Shown: in pieces, positions 1 through 352 of the stretch
Numbering within the stretch: position 1 is the stretch's first letter
Layout of the letters: each line of letters starts with the position of its first letter
Notes under the pieces: generated by a model
Database searches by the model: none
The model's input: only the letters and a program-made list of their open reading frames with translations
Told to the model about the DNA's origin: nothing
NCBI RefSeq assembly: GCF_003334385.1
Contig: NZ_QOWN01000196.1
DNA from: Escherichia coli
Lineage (GTDB): Bacteria > Pseudomonadota > Gammaproteobacteria > Enterobacterales > Enterobacteriaceae
Direction: 5' to 3' (one strand)
Length of the DNA: 352 bases
Made by a program: the position numbers and the translations under genes

Positions 1-352
1 TTCGCCATTCCCGTATACAGAAAGGTATTCACCGTCTTCGTGTGAATGCCCATTTCACTGGCAAGGCGACAGGGTCTCGACTGGCGGTAGACGTAGCCAA
101 ACATCACCACCATCTCTGACATCGTCAGCGGACGGGCAACGCTGTTATACGTCCATACACCATTGCGTATGGCATCACTTATCTGCTCACCATCACGGAG
201 TGATTCCGCACCCAGTTGCAGAAAATGCCGTCCCTGGAACATGCAGCGCATCAGTCTGCCCAGCAACGTATCACAGATTATCAGCCAGGATTCGTCAAAG
301 TCCGGGATATAACGGCGGTTCTCCGGCAGGAAAAACTCCCTCGCCAGTATCA
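1..352 (-). CDS. Internal fragment of a protein-coding gene (hypothetical protein, possibly a DNA-binding regulator); 5' end lies beyond position 352 and 3' end beyond position 1
   Basis: Seen in sequence: the reverse-complement frame whose codons pair with + positions 350..3 is open for all 116 codons with no stop. The translation has a balanced, globular-like composition with a mixed hydrophobic and charged pattern. Leu is encoded mostly by CTG (8 of 12), as in enterobacterial genes. The other two minus-strand frames have stops near their starts. The antisense + frame is also open but encodes a Ser/Pro/His-rich low-complexity peptide. Function is not established; no database search was possible. 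Confidence 0.72.
9..131 (-). other. Putative helix-turn-helix-like DNA-binding segment within the CDS (residues 74-114 of the fragment: PLTMSEMVVMFGYVYRQSRPCRLASEMGIHTKTVNTFLYTG)
   Basis: Inference from residue pattern only: a hydrophobic helix-like stretch (SEMVVMFGYVY), a short basic turn (RQSRPCR), then LASEMGIHTKTVNTFLYTG with a hydrophobic-x-x-acidic-hydrophobic-Gly-hydrophobic ... T-x-T-V-x-x-x-L spacing. This resembles the second and third helices of sigma-70 region 4, LuxR-type, Mor/C-type or CaiF-type HTH motifs. Not verified by any profile search. Confidence 0.3.

Noticed and set aside
116-128. Short inverted repeat ctgac-atc-gtcag (5-bp stem, 3-nt loop)
   Set aside because: It is too short and is not followed by a T-tract. 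It lies inside the coding frame, and repeats of this size are expected by chance in 352 bp. It is not a credible terminator or protein-binding site.
153-172. Inverted repeat ccatac-(8 nt)-gtatgg, plus a nearby gtatac palindrome at 13-18
   Set aside because: Six-bp stems inside an open reading frame occur by chance, and there is no flanking signature of an operator, an insertion-sequence end or an attachment site. No matching terminal inverted repeat is present at the window edges.
226-276. Cys/His spacing C-x9-C-x5-H in the encoded protein (CDTLLGRLMRCMFQGRH) as a possible metal-binding site
   Set aside because: It does not match a canonical zinc-finger or zinc-ribbon spacing (no CxxC pairs), and only three potential ligands are visible in the fragment. 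It is noted as context in finding 2 but is not supportable as a separate feature.
2-352. Plus-strand frame 2 is also open across the whole window (116 codons, no stop), giving a Ser/Pro/His-rich peptide SPFPYTERYSPSSCECPFHWQGDRVSTGGRRSQTSPP...
   Set aside because: The composition is low-complexity and unlike a folded protein, and no start codon with a ribosome-binding site is apparent. This is the typical antisense shadow frame opposite a CTG- and CNG-rich real gene. The minus-strand frame is far more protein-like.
1-352. Possibility that the fragment is a transposase, integrase or CRISPR-associated gene
   Set aside because: No DDE-type or tyrosine-recombinase catalytic motif spacing is recognisable in the 116 residues. 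There are no terminal inverted repeats and no repeat-spacer periodicity. Nothing in the sequence supports these calls.

Overview
The whole 352-bp window (about 53% GC by hand count) appears to lie inside one protein-coding gene on the minus strand; neither its start nor its stop is in the window. The 116 complete codons are in register with + positions 350 down to 3 and translate to ILAREFFLPENRRYIPDFDESWLIICDTLLGRLMRCMFQGRHFLQLGAESLRDGEQISDAIRNGVWTYNSVARPLTMSEMVVMFGYVYRQSRPCRLASEMGIHTKTVNTFLYTGMA. I do not recognise this protein as any named family, so it is called hypothetical. The most specific observation is a helix-turn-helix-like stretch near the 3' end of the fragment, which suggests a DNA-binding regulator. 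Codon usage looks like a CTG-rich enterobacterial style but with many rare ATA and AGA/AGG codons, which weakly suggests a horizontally acquired accessory gene. No RNA gene, CRISPR repeat, transposon end, promoter or terminator can be supported in this window. Nothing here by itself demonstrates a novel system; flanking sequence and a homology search are needed.
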